Assembly (NCBI RefSeq): GCF_001194135.2
Contig: NC_069003.1
Location: 11,867,529 to 11,931,528 of the forward strand
Direction: 5' to 3'
DNA from: Octopus bimaculoides
Lineage: Eukaryota
DNA: 64,000 nucleotides
Shown: positions 49,816 to 61,009 of the stretch, piece by piece
How the letters are laid out: every line of letters starts with the position of its first letter
How positions within the stretch are numbered: the first letter of the stretch is position 1
Notes under the pieces: generated by a model
What the model was told of the DNA's origin: nothing
What the model saw: the letters and a program-made list of their open reading frames with translations, nothing else
The model's database searches: none
Translations under genes and position numbers: made by a program

Positions 49816-50560
49816 ACCCCTTTCCCTTTCTTTTAAAGAAGGTTTGATTTTGTAAAAGAAATGAATATAATTGATTGAATTATTTCTTATAATTCTGCTA
49901 GTTCAATGCAGAGAAATCAAAGATAAAGTTGATCTTAGCAACATTGCTAGCAGAAAAGGAAAAGAAGCACCAGACTAGATACAGCAATAGAAAAAAAAAG
50001 TAATAAAAAGAAAAAAGCTGTACAATGACTATCCAACTTCTTTTCATTAACATATGTTATATTAATCTTTAAATAACTGGAAGATGCTTCAGCACTCCCA
50101 GAAATAGTTTAGTTAACTTATTTCTATGAAATAAATTCTTTCAAATACCCAGAAGGCTAGAAGTAGTTGATTGCTTCTGTAACCCATGTGACATAAGTAG
50201 CAGCAGAAGTGTGTGTTTTGAAAGCATAGTAGCTTGAGTAAAAATGAGATGAAAAGTTCAGGGAATTATTAGTTACCTTTGTTGACAACAAAGGATAGAT
50301 TGCACATGTAGCCTTATTTATCACTGATTCATTCATCACTGATCTGGGATAACACAGTATGCTCAGTTGTGAACTATGTTATGCTTGTCATGGATTGATC
50401 TGTGATAACATGGGTTGGTGACAGTTGAAGATGCTGCTTCCATCACAGAAATGCACACTAGCGACCACCCACAGTGCTCAGTTACCCAGAATGCATCGAC
50501 TGCTCTTTGTGTTTACATGACTGCTGCAATGCTGCATGTTTTTTAAATAGATTTACATAC

Positions 50561-50648
50561 TTCGACTCATCAACATGGGACAAGTTGTTCCATACACAAA
50601 ATGATTACAGATGATTAATTTATCACTGTATTCTTTTGGAACCAATCC
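50561..50648 (-). CDS. Probable exon of the unidentified minus-strand gene (GLVPKEYSDKLIICNHFVYGTTCPMLMSR)
   Basis: Acceptor tttatccttgtttatcacag|G in phase 0, matching the upstream exon; donor A|gtatgt at 50560, or read-through to TAA at 50553. Confidence 0.5.
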
Positions 50649-51753
50649 CTGTGATAAACAAGGATAAATGTACAGTGTTTGTGTATGAAGTATGATGTTA
50701 CATCCACTGGCTCAGGAATGAAATTTCCTGAATGGGTGCAAATCCAGGTACAGAATTTTTTGCAAACAAGGTTTTATTTTTTATTTCTATATTTATTTTT
50801 GTTGAGAAGAAACCTAACTTCAAGCTAATTTTTATAGATCACTTTTTACGCAGTTTTCTAAACTTAAGAAAAATTAGTAGGAGTGCAAACTTTGATTTTG
50901 CACCCCCAAAATTTTAGGAAGTGCACTTGCACTCTCTGCACCTGGGACCATGGTTGAATTGTAGCAAAATATGGGCATTGAATGCAAAGGATGTACTAAA
51001 GCTGGGAAAATATAAGGCAGTGTTCTTTGCAGAATGTTTTATGTTAGTGTGCATGAACAGCAGTGTATGAATGAGTTGTGAGGAAAAGCTGTGTATAAAA
51101 GGAGCCAGAGATAGTATGCTAGAGAGGATATAGTGCTAATGCAGACATGATGCGTATGAGGAATGACTTCTAGATAAAGTACCAGATGGAACCAAGTGAA
51201 AGGAACTTGTGGGAGAGGAGGACATGGGGAAGAAGAAGTAAAAGCTGATCTCATAAAGTGATTTCTACTGTTGCCCTGGGGCAACCAATGCTGAAGGAAA
51301 GTGTGCAGAAGTCCATGTGTGTGTTCGTCCCCCACCCATCCTGCTTGATAGCTGGTTTTGGTTTGTTTATGTTCAAGTAACTTAGCAGTTTGGCAAAAAG
51401 TGACTGATGGAATAAGTTACCAGATTGGTAAAAAAATAAAAAGGAATTGGAGTTGATTTGTTTGACTAAACTCACCAAGGCCCCAGCATGTGTTCCAGCA
51501 TGGCCATAGTCCATTGACTGATACAAGTAATAGAAAAAGATTAATTATGTCACTTGTTTATAGTATAGGCTTGTAGTAGAATAGTGCTGAAGTAAGTAGA
51601 CACCTGTGTTCACTACTTCCAAGAACTCAATCAGTCTGGCCTGATATATAATCGTGTGTGTGTGTACATTAAAAATGGAGTAGGAAGGAAAGTAAATTGT
51701 TGTAATGGGGCATTGATAAAAGGTTCATCATCATCATCATCATCATCATTTAA

Positions 51754-51969
51754 CCCTTTAGCATTCAGGTTACTCTCTCAAATGTGATACTTATTCTCAT
51801 TATTTTGAATTACTCAGGCATTGTCTTGCACCTTTAAGATTTCTGTGATGTGATTGTATATTTTTAGAATGACATTGTAGGGTAAGTATGCAATATCAGA
51901 TCTGGCCATCTTGACCATAAAACAGGTAGGATATTTGGGCCTGATATGGCTGGTTTAAATGCTAAAGGG
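51754..51969 (+). mobile_element. piggyBac-like MITE (216 bp)
   Basis: TTAA|ccctttagcatt ... aatgctaaaggg|TTAA. Confidence 0.9.
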
Positions 51970-52853
51970 TTAATGTCTGTTTTCCATACTGGCACGGGTT
52001 GGATGGTTTGACAGGATCCAGCAAACTGCCGGGCTGCATTGGGCATGGTTTCTATAACTGGATGTCCTTCCTAACACCAACCACTTTCCACAGCGTACTG
52101 GGTGCTTTTGTTATGTCACTTGCGCTTGTGAGGTCACCAAGTAACATTCAAGACAGGAACAGAAAAGAAAGAGCTAAGGTGGACTGTACTACCCCCTTAG
52201 CGGGTAGTGGAAGAATTCAGTGGTGTGTTGAAGAAAAGTGGGGCAATAAGGGGGTGGCCATAAGGGGGCTACCAATATAAAAATTCCAAAACAATGAGTT
52301 AATTAGGTTAAGTTTTATATGTGAAATACAGTTGTTTGGGATTTACTAAAAAAAGCAGTCTATGTTTGTGGTGATGAATTGAATGGGGGCACAAGGGATG
52401 TGGCATGGGTGCCAAGTGGGTGACAGCCCCAAAAAGTTTGGGAACCACTGGGCTAATGTAAAATAGAGGGACAAGCACAGGCATCTTGCTATACAAAAAA
52501 TATATGGCAACTTCACATAATATATGGGTGAATGAGAGTAGCTGGATAGAAGATAAAGATGATAGTGATGGGGTGTCACAAGAAGGTGAGGATGAAAGAA
52601 TATGGACTGTGGATCAGGTGGGATGGGGAGAGGGTGTGTTTCATAAAAGTGTGAGGGAAGAGTAACAGATGCTTGGAGAAGAATCTCGTGAATGATGAAC
52701 AAGGTTGGTGGTGTGGTTGAAGGGAAATGAAGTAAGATGAGAGAGATAGAAGTGGCTCAATGCAGTGGATAGATCAGAAGGTAGAGGGATGGTGTGCAAG
52801 TTGTAGGGGAAAAAAATGGGGCAGTAGTTAACCCTTTAATGTTTAAGTTGCTC

Positions 52854-53045
52854 ATTGGTCGTTTCAAATAACGGTCATGGATGCGTAATGCACAGACCAA
52901 ATAAATTTAATATAGATTCATCCTATTTGAGCCCATTTTTCTATTTAAGGTTTTCTTCGATATATTTTTTTAATAGGATGAATCTATATTAAATTTATTT
53001 GGTCTGTGCATTACGCATCCATGACCGTTATTTGAAACAACCAAT
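52854..53045. mobile_element. Near-perfect fold-back element (about 74 bp arms, 44 bp spacer), MITE-like
   Basis: attggtcgtttcaaataacggtcatgg...atcctatt versus its reverse complement with one mismatch. Confidence 0.85.
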
Positions 53046-53115
53046 CAAACGAATCCATGTGTTTTAAATTTTATATTACTTTCAATTGCATTGTTATTCT
53101 TTCTCCATTTCTAAC

Positions 53116-53161
53116 AAAACTGTCCGATGAACGGGAACGTGAAACTCAGAGTAACAGTTTT
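53116..53161 (+). ncRNA. Minimal type I hammerhead ribozyme motif (Penelope terminal-repeat type), U4C core variant
   Basis: Stem I AAAACTGT/ACAGTTTT (8 bp), core CCGATGA, stem II ACG-GGAA-CGT, GAA, palindromic stem III ACTC-A-GAGT, cleavage triplet GUA at 53151-53153. Confidence 0.8.
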
Positions 53162-54261
53162 TTTGTTATATTTCTGCTGCTTTTAAATNNNNNNNNNNNN
53201 NNNNNNNNNNNNNNNNNNNNNNNNNNNNNNNNNNNNNNNNNNNNNNNNNNNNNNNNNNNNNNNNNNNNNNNNNNNNNNNNNNNNNNNNNNNNNNNNNNNN
53301 NNNNNNNNNNNNNNNNNNNNNNNNNNNNNNNNNNNNNNNNNNNNNNNNNNNNNNNNNNNNNNNNNNNNNNNNNNNNNNNNNNNNNNNNNNNNNNNNNNNN
53401 NNNNNNNNNNNNNNNNNNNNNNNNNNNNNNNNNNNNNNNNNNNNNNNNNNNNNNNNNNNNNNNNNNNNNNNNNNNNNNNNNNNNNNNNNNNNNNNNNNNN
53501 NNNNNNNNNNNNNNNNNNNNNNNNNNNNNNNNNNNNNNNNNNNNNNNNNNNNNNNNNNNNNNNNNNNNNNNNNNNNNNNNNNNNNNNNNNNNNNNNNNNN
53601 NNNNNNNNNNNNNNNNNNNNNNNNNNNNNNNNNNNNNNNNNNNNNNNNNNNNNNNNNNNNNNNNNNNNNNNNNNNNNNNNNNNNNNNNNNNNNNNNNNNN
53701 NNNNNNNNNNNNNNNNNNNNNNNNNNNNNNNNNNNNNNNNNNNNNNNNNNNNNNNNNNNNNNNNNNNNNNNNNNNNNNNNNNNNNNNNNNNNNNNNNNNN
53801 NNNNNNNNNNNNNNNNNNNNNNNNNNNNNNNNNNNNNNNNNNNNNNNNNNNNNNNNNNNNNNNNNNNNNNNNNNNNNNNNNNNNNNNNNNNNNNNNNNNN
53901 NNNNNNNNNNNNNNNNNNNNNNNNNNNNNNNNNNNNNNNNNNNNNNNNNNNNNNNNNNNNNNNNNNNNNNNNNNNNNNNNNNNNNNNNNNNNNNNNNNNN
54001 NNNNNNNNNNNNNNNNNNNNNNNNNNNNNNNNNNNNNNNNNNNNNNNNNNNNNNNACAAAAAGAAAAAAAAATTAGAATTTTTGCATTGAGTAAAATAAG
54101 TTATATCAAGATGATTTGATCCACTTGCAAAGTTTAGTTTCCCTTTTTTCATTCTGATATTACCTGGACAACATACTATTTCCAGTGCACTACTATACTA
54201 TTGACATGGCACTGGTACCATTATAGGTGTCTTAATTGTTAGATTTGTGTGTTCCTTTTAC

Positions 54262-54306
54262 TTCTTCTTTAGTTAAGGAGTTGTTGTCAGCATCAATCAT
54301 GATTAT
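54262..54306 (-). CDS. Possible 45-nt exon of the unidentified minus-strand gene (IIMIDADNNSLTKEE)
   Basis: Strong acceptor atttttcattttcag, phase 0/0, weaker donor gtaaaa; lies in frame between the 57398 and 50648 exons. Confidence 0.35.
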
Positions 54307-54519
54307 CTGAAAATGAAAAATATTAAAATTCAATAATATATGCAAAAAAAAAAGGGCAAGACTATGATTGTTAAATTGAATTAAATTAAGACGAGTTAGT
54401 ATTAACAGGGTAGAATGCAAATTGTAGATGAACATAATGATGCAAAAATTAAAGGTGAGGAAACAAGCTCGGAAGTGAGTAATTGCCAAGGCAATTGTTT
54501 GAGAAGCAGCACAAGGGCC

Positions 54520-54829
54520 AGTGGCTGTGTGGTAAGTAACTTGCTTACCAACCACATGGTTCTGGGTTCAGTCCCACTGCGTGGCATCTTGGGCAAGTGT
54601 CTTCTACTATAGCCTCGGACCGACCAAAGTGGATTTGGTAGACGGAAACTGAAAGAAGCCCGTCGTATATATATATATGTATGTGTGTGTATATGTTTGT
54701 CCCCCTAGCATTGCTTGACAACTGATGCTGGTGTGTTTATGTCCCCGTCACTTAGTGGTTCGGCAAAAGAGACCGATAGAATAAGTACTAGGCTTACAAA
54801 GAATAAGTTCTGGGGTCGATTTGCTCAAC
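54520..54829 (+). mobile_element. SINE family B (3' end in gap)
   Basis: Family B head and body. Confidence 0.85.
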
Positions 54830-55081
54830 NNNNNNNNNNNNNNNNNNNNNNNNNNNNNNNNNNNNNNNNNNNNNNNNNNNNNNNNNNNNNNNNNNNNNNN
54901 NNNNNNNNNNNNNNNNNNNNNNNNNNNNNNNNNNNNNNNNNNNNNNNNNNNNNNNNNNNNNNNNNNNNNNNNNNNNNNNNNNNNNNNNNNNNNNNNNNNN
55001 NNNNNNNNNNNNNNNNNNNNNNNNNNNNNNNNNNNNNNNNNNNNNNNNNNNNNNNNNNNNNNNNNNNNAGAAAAATGTTAG

Positions 55082-55127
55082 AAAACTGTCCGATGAATGG
55101 GAACGTAAAACTCCGAGTAACAGTCTT
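55082..55127 (+). ncRNA. Second hammerhead motif copy within a Penelope-like terminal repeat (about 55082-55235)
   Basis: AAAACTGT-CCGATGA-ATG GGAA CGT-AAA-ACTC C GAGT-A-ACAGTCTT: G12 replaced by A and one stem I mismatch. Downstream ttttgttatatttctgctgcttt is shared with copy 1 and followed by AATAAA. Confidence 0.65.
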
Positions 55128-55238
55128 TTGTTATATTTCTGCTGCTTTAAATAAAGCATATTACTCTACATCTGGTATTTGAGTACTCTTTTTTCCACCC
55201 TGTTGCACATTTTATGTGCTTACTCCGGTATATTTATA

Positions 55239-55882
55239 TGAGGGGAAGTCAAAAATTATCTGCACTTTCACCATAACATATCTTTATTATTGTCACACTG
55301 CCTTCTGCACATGTGTGCTTATAGTTGGTACTATCGTGGTCACATGATCAAAGTTTGAACCTGATCTTGCCATTTTTCTTTCGGGTTTTACAGTGTAAAC
55401 GTGGCCACTTCACTAGGAATGTGCATCAAAGAAGAGCAAAGAGCAGCGATCTGATTTCTCTGGTCGAAAGGTGTGTCAGGTGCTGAAATTCATTGGAGGC
55501 TTTTAGCACAATACGGGGTCAGTGCACTACTGCATAGGGGTGTATATGAAGGGACCGAGAAGTTTAAAAGAGGCTGGACAGGCGTGATGCACGAAGAGGG
55601 GGTAGGACAGCTGTCAAACTCCATTACTGGCAAGAAGATTCAGCATGCCTGATAGATGGTAATGGTGAACCGGTTCACCATTACCATCACTTGGATCATT
55701 GTTCTTGTTCTTCTTTGGTGCACATTGCTGTAAAGCCAGAAAGAAAAATGGCACGATCAGGCTCAAACTTCTATCATGTGACCACAATTGTACCAACTAT
55801 AAGCACATGTGCACAGAAGGCAGTGTGACAATAATAAAGATATGTTATGGTGAAAATGCAGATAATTTTTGACTTACCCTCA
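55239..55882 (+). mobile_element. Non-autonomous mariner with long (about 170 bp) inverted ends around a transposase N-terminal remnant
   Basis: TIRs tgaggg(g/t)aagtcaaaaattatctgca..ttcaccataacata extend about 170 bp; internal MCIKEEQRAAI*FLWSKGVSGAEIHWRLLAQYG resembles the mariner N-terminal HTH. Confidence 0.85.
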
Positions 55883-55930
<48 letters not shown>

Positions 55931-56895
55931 NNNNNNNNNNNNNNNNNNNNNNNNNNNNNNNNNNNNNNNNNNNNNNNNNNNNNNNNNNNNNNNNNNNNNN
56001 NNNNNNNNNNNNNNNNNNNNNNNNNNNNNNNNNNNNNNNNNNNNNNNNNNNNNNNNNNNNNNNNNNNNNNNNNNNNNNNNNNNNNNNNNNNNNNNNNNNN
56101 NNNNNNNNNNNNNNNNNNNNNNNNNNNNNNNNNNNNNNNNNNNNNNNNNNNNNNNNNNNNNNNNNNNNNNNNNNNNNNNNNNNNNNNNNNNNNNNNNNNN
56201 NNNNNNNNNNNNNNNNNNNNNNNNNNNNNNNNNNNNNNNNNNNNNNNNNNNNNNNNNNNNNNNNNNNNNNNNNNNNNNNNNNNNNNNNNNNNNNNNNNNN
56301 NNNNNNNNNNNNNNNNNNNNNNNNNNNNNNNNNNNNNNNNNNNNNNNNNNNNNNNNNNNNNNNNNNNNNNNNNNNNNNNNNNNNNNNNNNNNNNNNNNNN
56401 NNNNNNNNNNNNNNNNNNNNNNNNNNNNNNNNNNNNNNNNNNNNNNNNNNNNNNNNNNNNNNNNNNNNNNNNNNNNNNNNNNNNNNNNNNNNNNNNNNNN
56501 NNNNNNNNNNNNNNNNNNNNNNNNNNNNNNNNNNNNNNNNNNNNNNNNNNNNNNNNNNNNNNNNNNNNNNNNNNNNNNNNNNNNNNNNNNNNNNNNNNNN
56601 NNNNNNNNNNNNNNNNNNNNNNNNNNNNNNNNNNNNNNNNNNNNNNNNNNNNNNNNNNNNNNNNNNNNNNNNNNNNNNNNNNNNNNNNNNNNNNNNNNNN
56701 NNNNNNNNNNNNNNNNNNNNNNNNNNNNNNNNNNNNNNNNNNNNNNNNNNNNNCCCCACCCCATGTGTCTCCTCCTATCCTGGACACTAAAACAAGAGCA
56801 ATAATAAAGCTGAAGTGAAGAACAAGTATATAATGTGTGTAGTCATTTGGTAAAAAAAAAAAAAAATACCACCCTGAAACATAACAATATATATA

Positions 56896-57190
56896 TATAT
56901 AGCAATAAGAAAATGGAAGGGAATAGGTGGTATTCATCAACTTGCAGACATTGTATTATGTCAATTTACCTGTTTATTTTTCAACTAAGAGGACAACAAA
57001 AACAATATACAGACACATGAGACATATTATGCCATATTAGTAATTAAAAAAGGACATAATATGTCGCATGTGTTTGTATATTGTTATTATTGTCCTCTTA
57101 GTTAACAAATTAACAGGTAAATTGACAGAATACAATGTCTGCAAGTTGATGAATACCACATATTCCCCTCCATTTTCTTATTGCTATATA
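56896..57190. repeat. Long imperfect palindrome (about 138 bp arms, 19 bp spacer), probable fold-back MITE
   Basis: tatatagcaataagaaaatgga...atattatgcc mirrored by ggacataatat...tccattttcttattgctatata. Confidence 0.85.
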
Positions 57191-57397
57191 AATTAAGGGT
57201 AAAATATCCTTTTACCCGCACCCATTTATTGCACTTGGTAATATGAAGGAAAAACACTAGTGTAATAATAATTGGATATTCTTCCGACAGTATATTGGAT
57301 AGATATTATCCCTTGGTGTTTTGGATTCACAGCCCCTAACTTTCTTGGAGTTATATATATATAGTTTTACTAAGTGTCATAACTTTCTTGTGCTTAC

Positions 57398-57574
57398 CTG
57401 TTGGTCTCCATATTTAAATGGGACTGTGAAAGCACCTTTAGTAAAAATGCTTTCCAGTTCGTCCACAGCTTTCTTCAAGCTTATTTGCTTCTTTGTAAGG
57501 GCACCACTATTAGGAACTGTTACCACGTCATGAATCTCAAATGATGCTGAGATTTTATTTTTTACAAACTCAAC
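57398..57574 (-). CDS. Internal coding exon (59 codons) of an unidentified gene
   Basis: Acceptor ttttgcag|G and donor CAG|gtaagc; 177 nt, phase 0/0, stop-free: VEFVKNKISASFEIHDVVTVPNSGALTKKQISLKKAVDELESIFTKGAFTVPFKYGDQQ. Family not recognised. Confidence 0.75.
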
Positions 57575-57669
57575 CTGCAAAATTGTTCAAGAATATATAT
57601 ATATGGTTAAAAATCATGACATCAAAAAAATTTACATCAGGAAATGGTAGTTTTATATTGTAAAAGTGA

Positions 57670-58620
<951 letters not shown>

Positions 58621-58707
58621 TATATTTTTGTAGTGACATCTCGTTACATTGGGAGACCACTACTTGCAAATGGCTCACTGTTTAAGTCCTGCTCCTTATT
58701 GCTTTAA

Positions 58708-58913
58708 CCCCTTTTTTACCATATTTCTCTTTATTTCAATTAATTTTGAAGATAATGAAGAATTCATTGAAATATCTTGGTCATTACTAAAGGTAGGAAT
58801 TGGGACAAAGTAACATGGAATCTTAATGAAAAATATTTAGTTAGATCACCTTAAAATGGGAAGTTTGTTTCATAGAAGCAAAGGCAGTCTTGGGCAGGTT
58901 GGTATCAAAAGGG
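58708..58913. mobile_element. piggyBac-like MITE, second family
   Basis: TTAA|cccctttttttacc ... ggtatcaaaaggg|TTAA. Confidence 0.75.
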
Positions 58914-59244
58914 TTAACACAAAAAATTAACAGGGTTTGTAGATTTAAACTTAGGTCTGTCATGAGTCTTAGAACTTGTAAGGCTAGAGCTTCGCTTGGT
59001 TTCCATGGTGTGTAAGTAACTGAGATTACAACACTAACCACCCCCACTCCTGAACAGGACTTGGGTCTGTTGCAGGGTTAACTTTTCAACTATTACTGGA
59101 GCCCATTTATGTCTGAGTGCAGGGTCAATTCATTCGACTAAAAATGTTTCAAGCCGGTGTCCCAGCATGGCCACGGTCTAACAACTGCAACAAGTAAAAG
59201 ATAAAAGATGAGTATAGGAAAGTATGTATAAAGATGTATGTATT

Positions 59245-59397
59245 TATAGCAGAAGCTTGTGGTAAGATGCTTGCTTCCCAACCATATGGTTGCAGGTTCA
59301 GTTCTACTGTGTGACACTTTGGGTAAGTGTCTTTTACTCACAAGGCCAACCAAAGCCTTGTGAGAGGATTTGGTAGACAGAAACTGAAAGAAGCTTG

Positions 59398-59460
<63 letters not shown>

Positions 59461-59695
59461 TATATGTATATGTGTGTATTTGTGTCTGTGTTTGTCCCCT
59501 CCACCTCCACCACTTGACAACTGGTGCTAGTGTTTATGTCCCTGTAACTTAGCAGTTTGGCAAAAGAGAACTGATAGAATAAGTACCAGGCTTTAAAACA
59601 AAAGTACTGGGGTTGATTCATTTGACAAAATATTGTTCAAGGTGGTGCCCCAGTATGGTCGCAGTCTAATGGTTGAAACAAGTAAAAATAAAAGA
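59245..59695 (+). mobile_element. SINE family B, full-length, diverged
   Basis: Head, expanded (TA)n(CA)n(TG)n, body and tail. Confidence 0.8.
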
Positions 59696-59920
59696 TATAT
59701 GTCATGTTTATGTATATTAACTATTTAATATATGTGTGGTGTATAACATTTTAATATATTTTGTAAATAGAATTATAAGCCTTCACTTTATGTTGGCTTA
59801 GAACTCTGTTTACAAAATTTCAATTACCACTGTTTCCTAATACACCACATTTTAATATGTATTTATAACATGCTAATAATGTATGTGTTTAATATTTTAA
59901 TAGTGTATATAGGTATATAA

Positions 59921-60420
59921 TCATCATCATCATCATCATTTAATGTCTGCTTTCCATGGGTTGGACGATTTGACTGAGGACTGGTGAACCAGATGGCTAC
60001 ACCAGGCTCCAGTCTGATCTGGCAGAGTTTCTACAGCTGGATGCCTTTCCTAACGCCAACCACTCCGAGAGTGTAGTGGGTGCTTTTACGTGCCACCGGC
60101 ACGAAGGCCAGTCAGGCGGTACTTGCAATGGCCACGCTCAAAATGGTGTATTTTACTTGCCACCTGCACAGAAGCCAGTCCGGGGGCACTGGCAACGATC
60201 TTGCTCGAATATCTTACACGTGCCACCAGCACAAGTGCCAGGAAAGCGACGCTGGGCACAGGTGCCATCCCGATTTCGCTTTCACTTGCCCCAACAGGTC
60301 TTCGCAAGCCAAGTTTCATGTCCAATGAAGGAGACGACGTTGGCATGGGTGCCAGTCATCGAATTTAATTCGATTTCGATTTCACTTGCCTCAACAGGTC
60401 TTTGCAATGTTAATATTAAT
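59921..60420 (-). mobile_element. RTE-type LINE 3' fragment (longest 3'UTR copy)
   Basis: (CAT)n tail plus shared 3'UTR, extending further 5' than other copies. Confidence 0.8.
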
Positions 60421-60435
60421 ATGAATATAATATCT

Positions 60436-60650
60436 AAGAGGTGAGCTGGCAGAATCCTTAACACACCAGGTAAATTGCTTAGTGGTATTTTGTCCGGCTT
60501 TATAGTGTGAATTCGGATTCTCCTGAGGTCAGCTTTGCCTTTCTTCCTTTCGGGGTCGCTGGAGTAGATACCAGTTGAGCACTGGGGGTTGATGTGACTG
60601 ACTTGGCCTCTTCCCTGAAATTGCTGGCCTTGTGCCATAATTTGAAATTA
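60436..60650 (+). mobile_element. SINE family C
   Basis: Family C head, body and tail. Confidence 0.8.
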
Positions 60651-61009
60651 ATATGTATATATGTATGTGTTACTGCATGTGTGTGTGTAGCATGTGCTTG
60701 TATGTATGTATATATAACATGTTTATAATATGCAGTATGCATATGTCTAACATGTTTCCATTTATTTTGTTTACACAGCAACACTACTGCTATGACTACC
60801 AAATAAAAAAAAACCTCCCACTAAGCTGGTGGTATAATGATGATGACCTTTGACCATGATAAAAGCAGTAAAATAAATATAATTGACAGGACTATTTTCT
60901 CTGACCCTTTTGAATGTCAGTTTCAACTGACTGGCTGATGGTAATAGAATGTAATGTAATTATTCTATGTTATAAGTACTCAACAACAATGATAATAATA
61001 ATAATAATA

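Larger units (their letters stand above)
687..56753. other. Twelve assembly gaps (N runs), mostly abutting microsatellites or repeats
   Basis: N runs at about 687-934, 15343-15512, 17080-17571, 31728-32034, 36373-37228, 40243-40768, 43583-43861, 47250-47306, 49171-49497, 53189-54055, 54830-55068 and 55931-56753; exons could be hidden in them. Confidence 0.95.

Noticed and set aside
50157-50520. Further open frames downstream of the 50561 exon
   Set aside because: Frames are interrupted by stops and cannot be joined with consistent phases; likely intron or 3'UTR.
659-56940. Long ORFs made of X, IYIY, HTHT or S/L/F runs in the ORF track
   Set aside because: Artefacts of N gaps, microsatellites and pyrimidine tracts.
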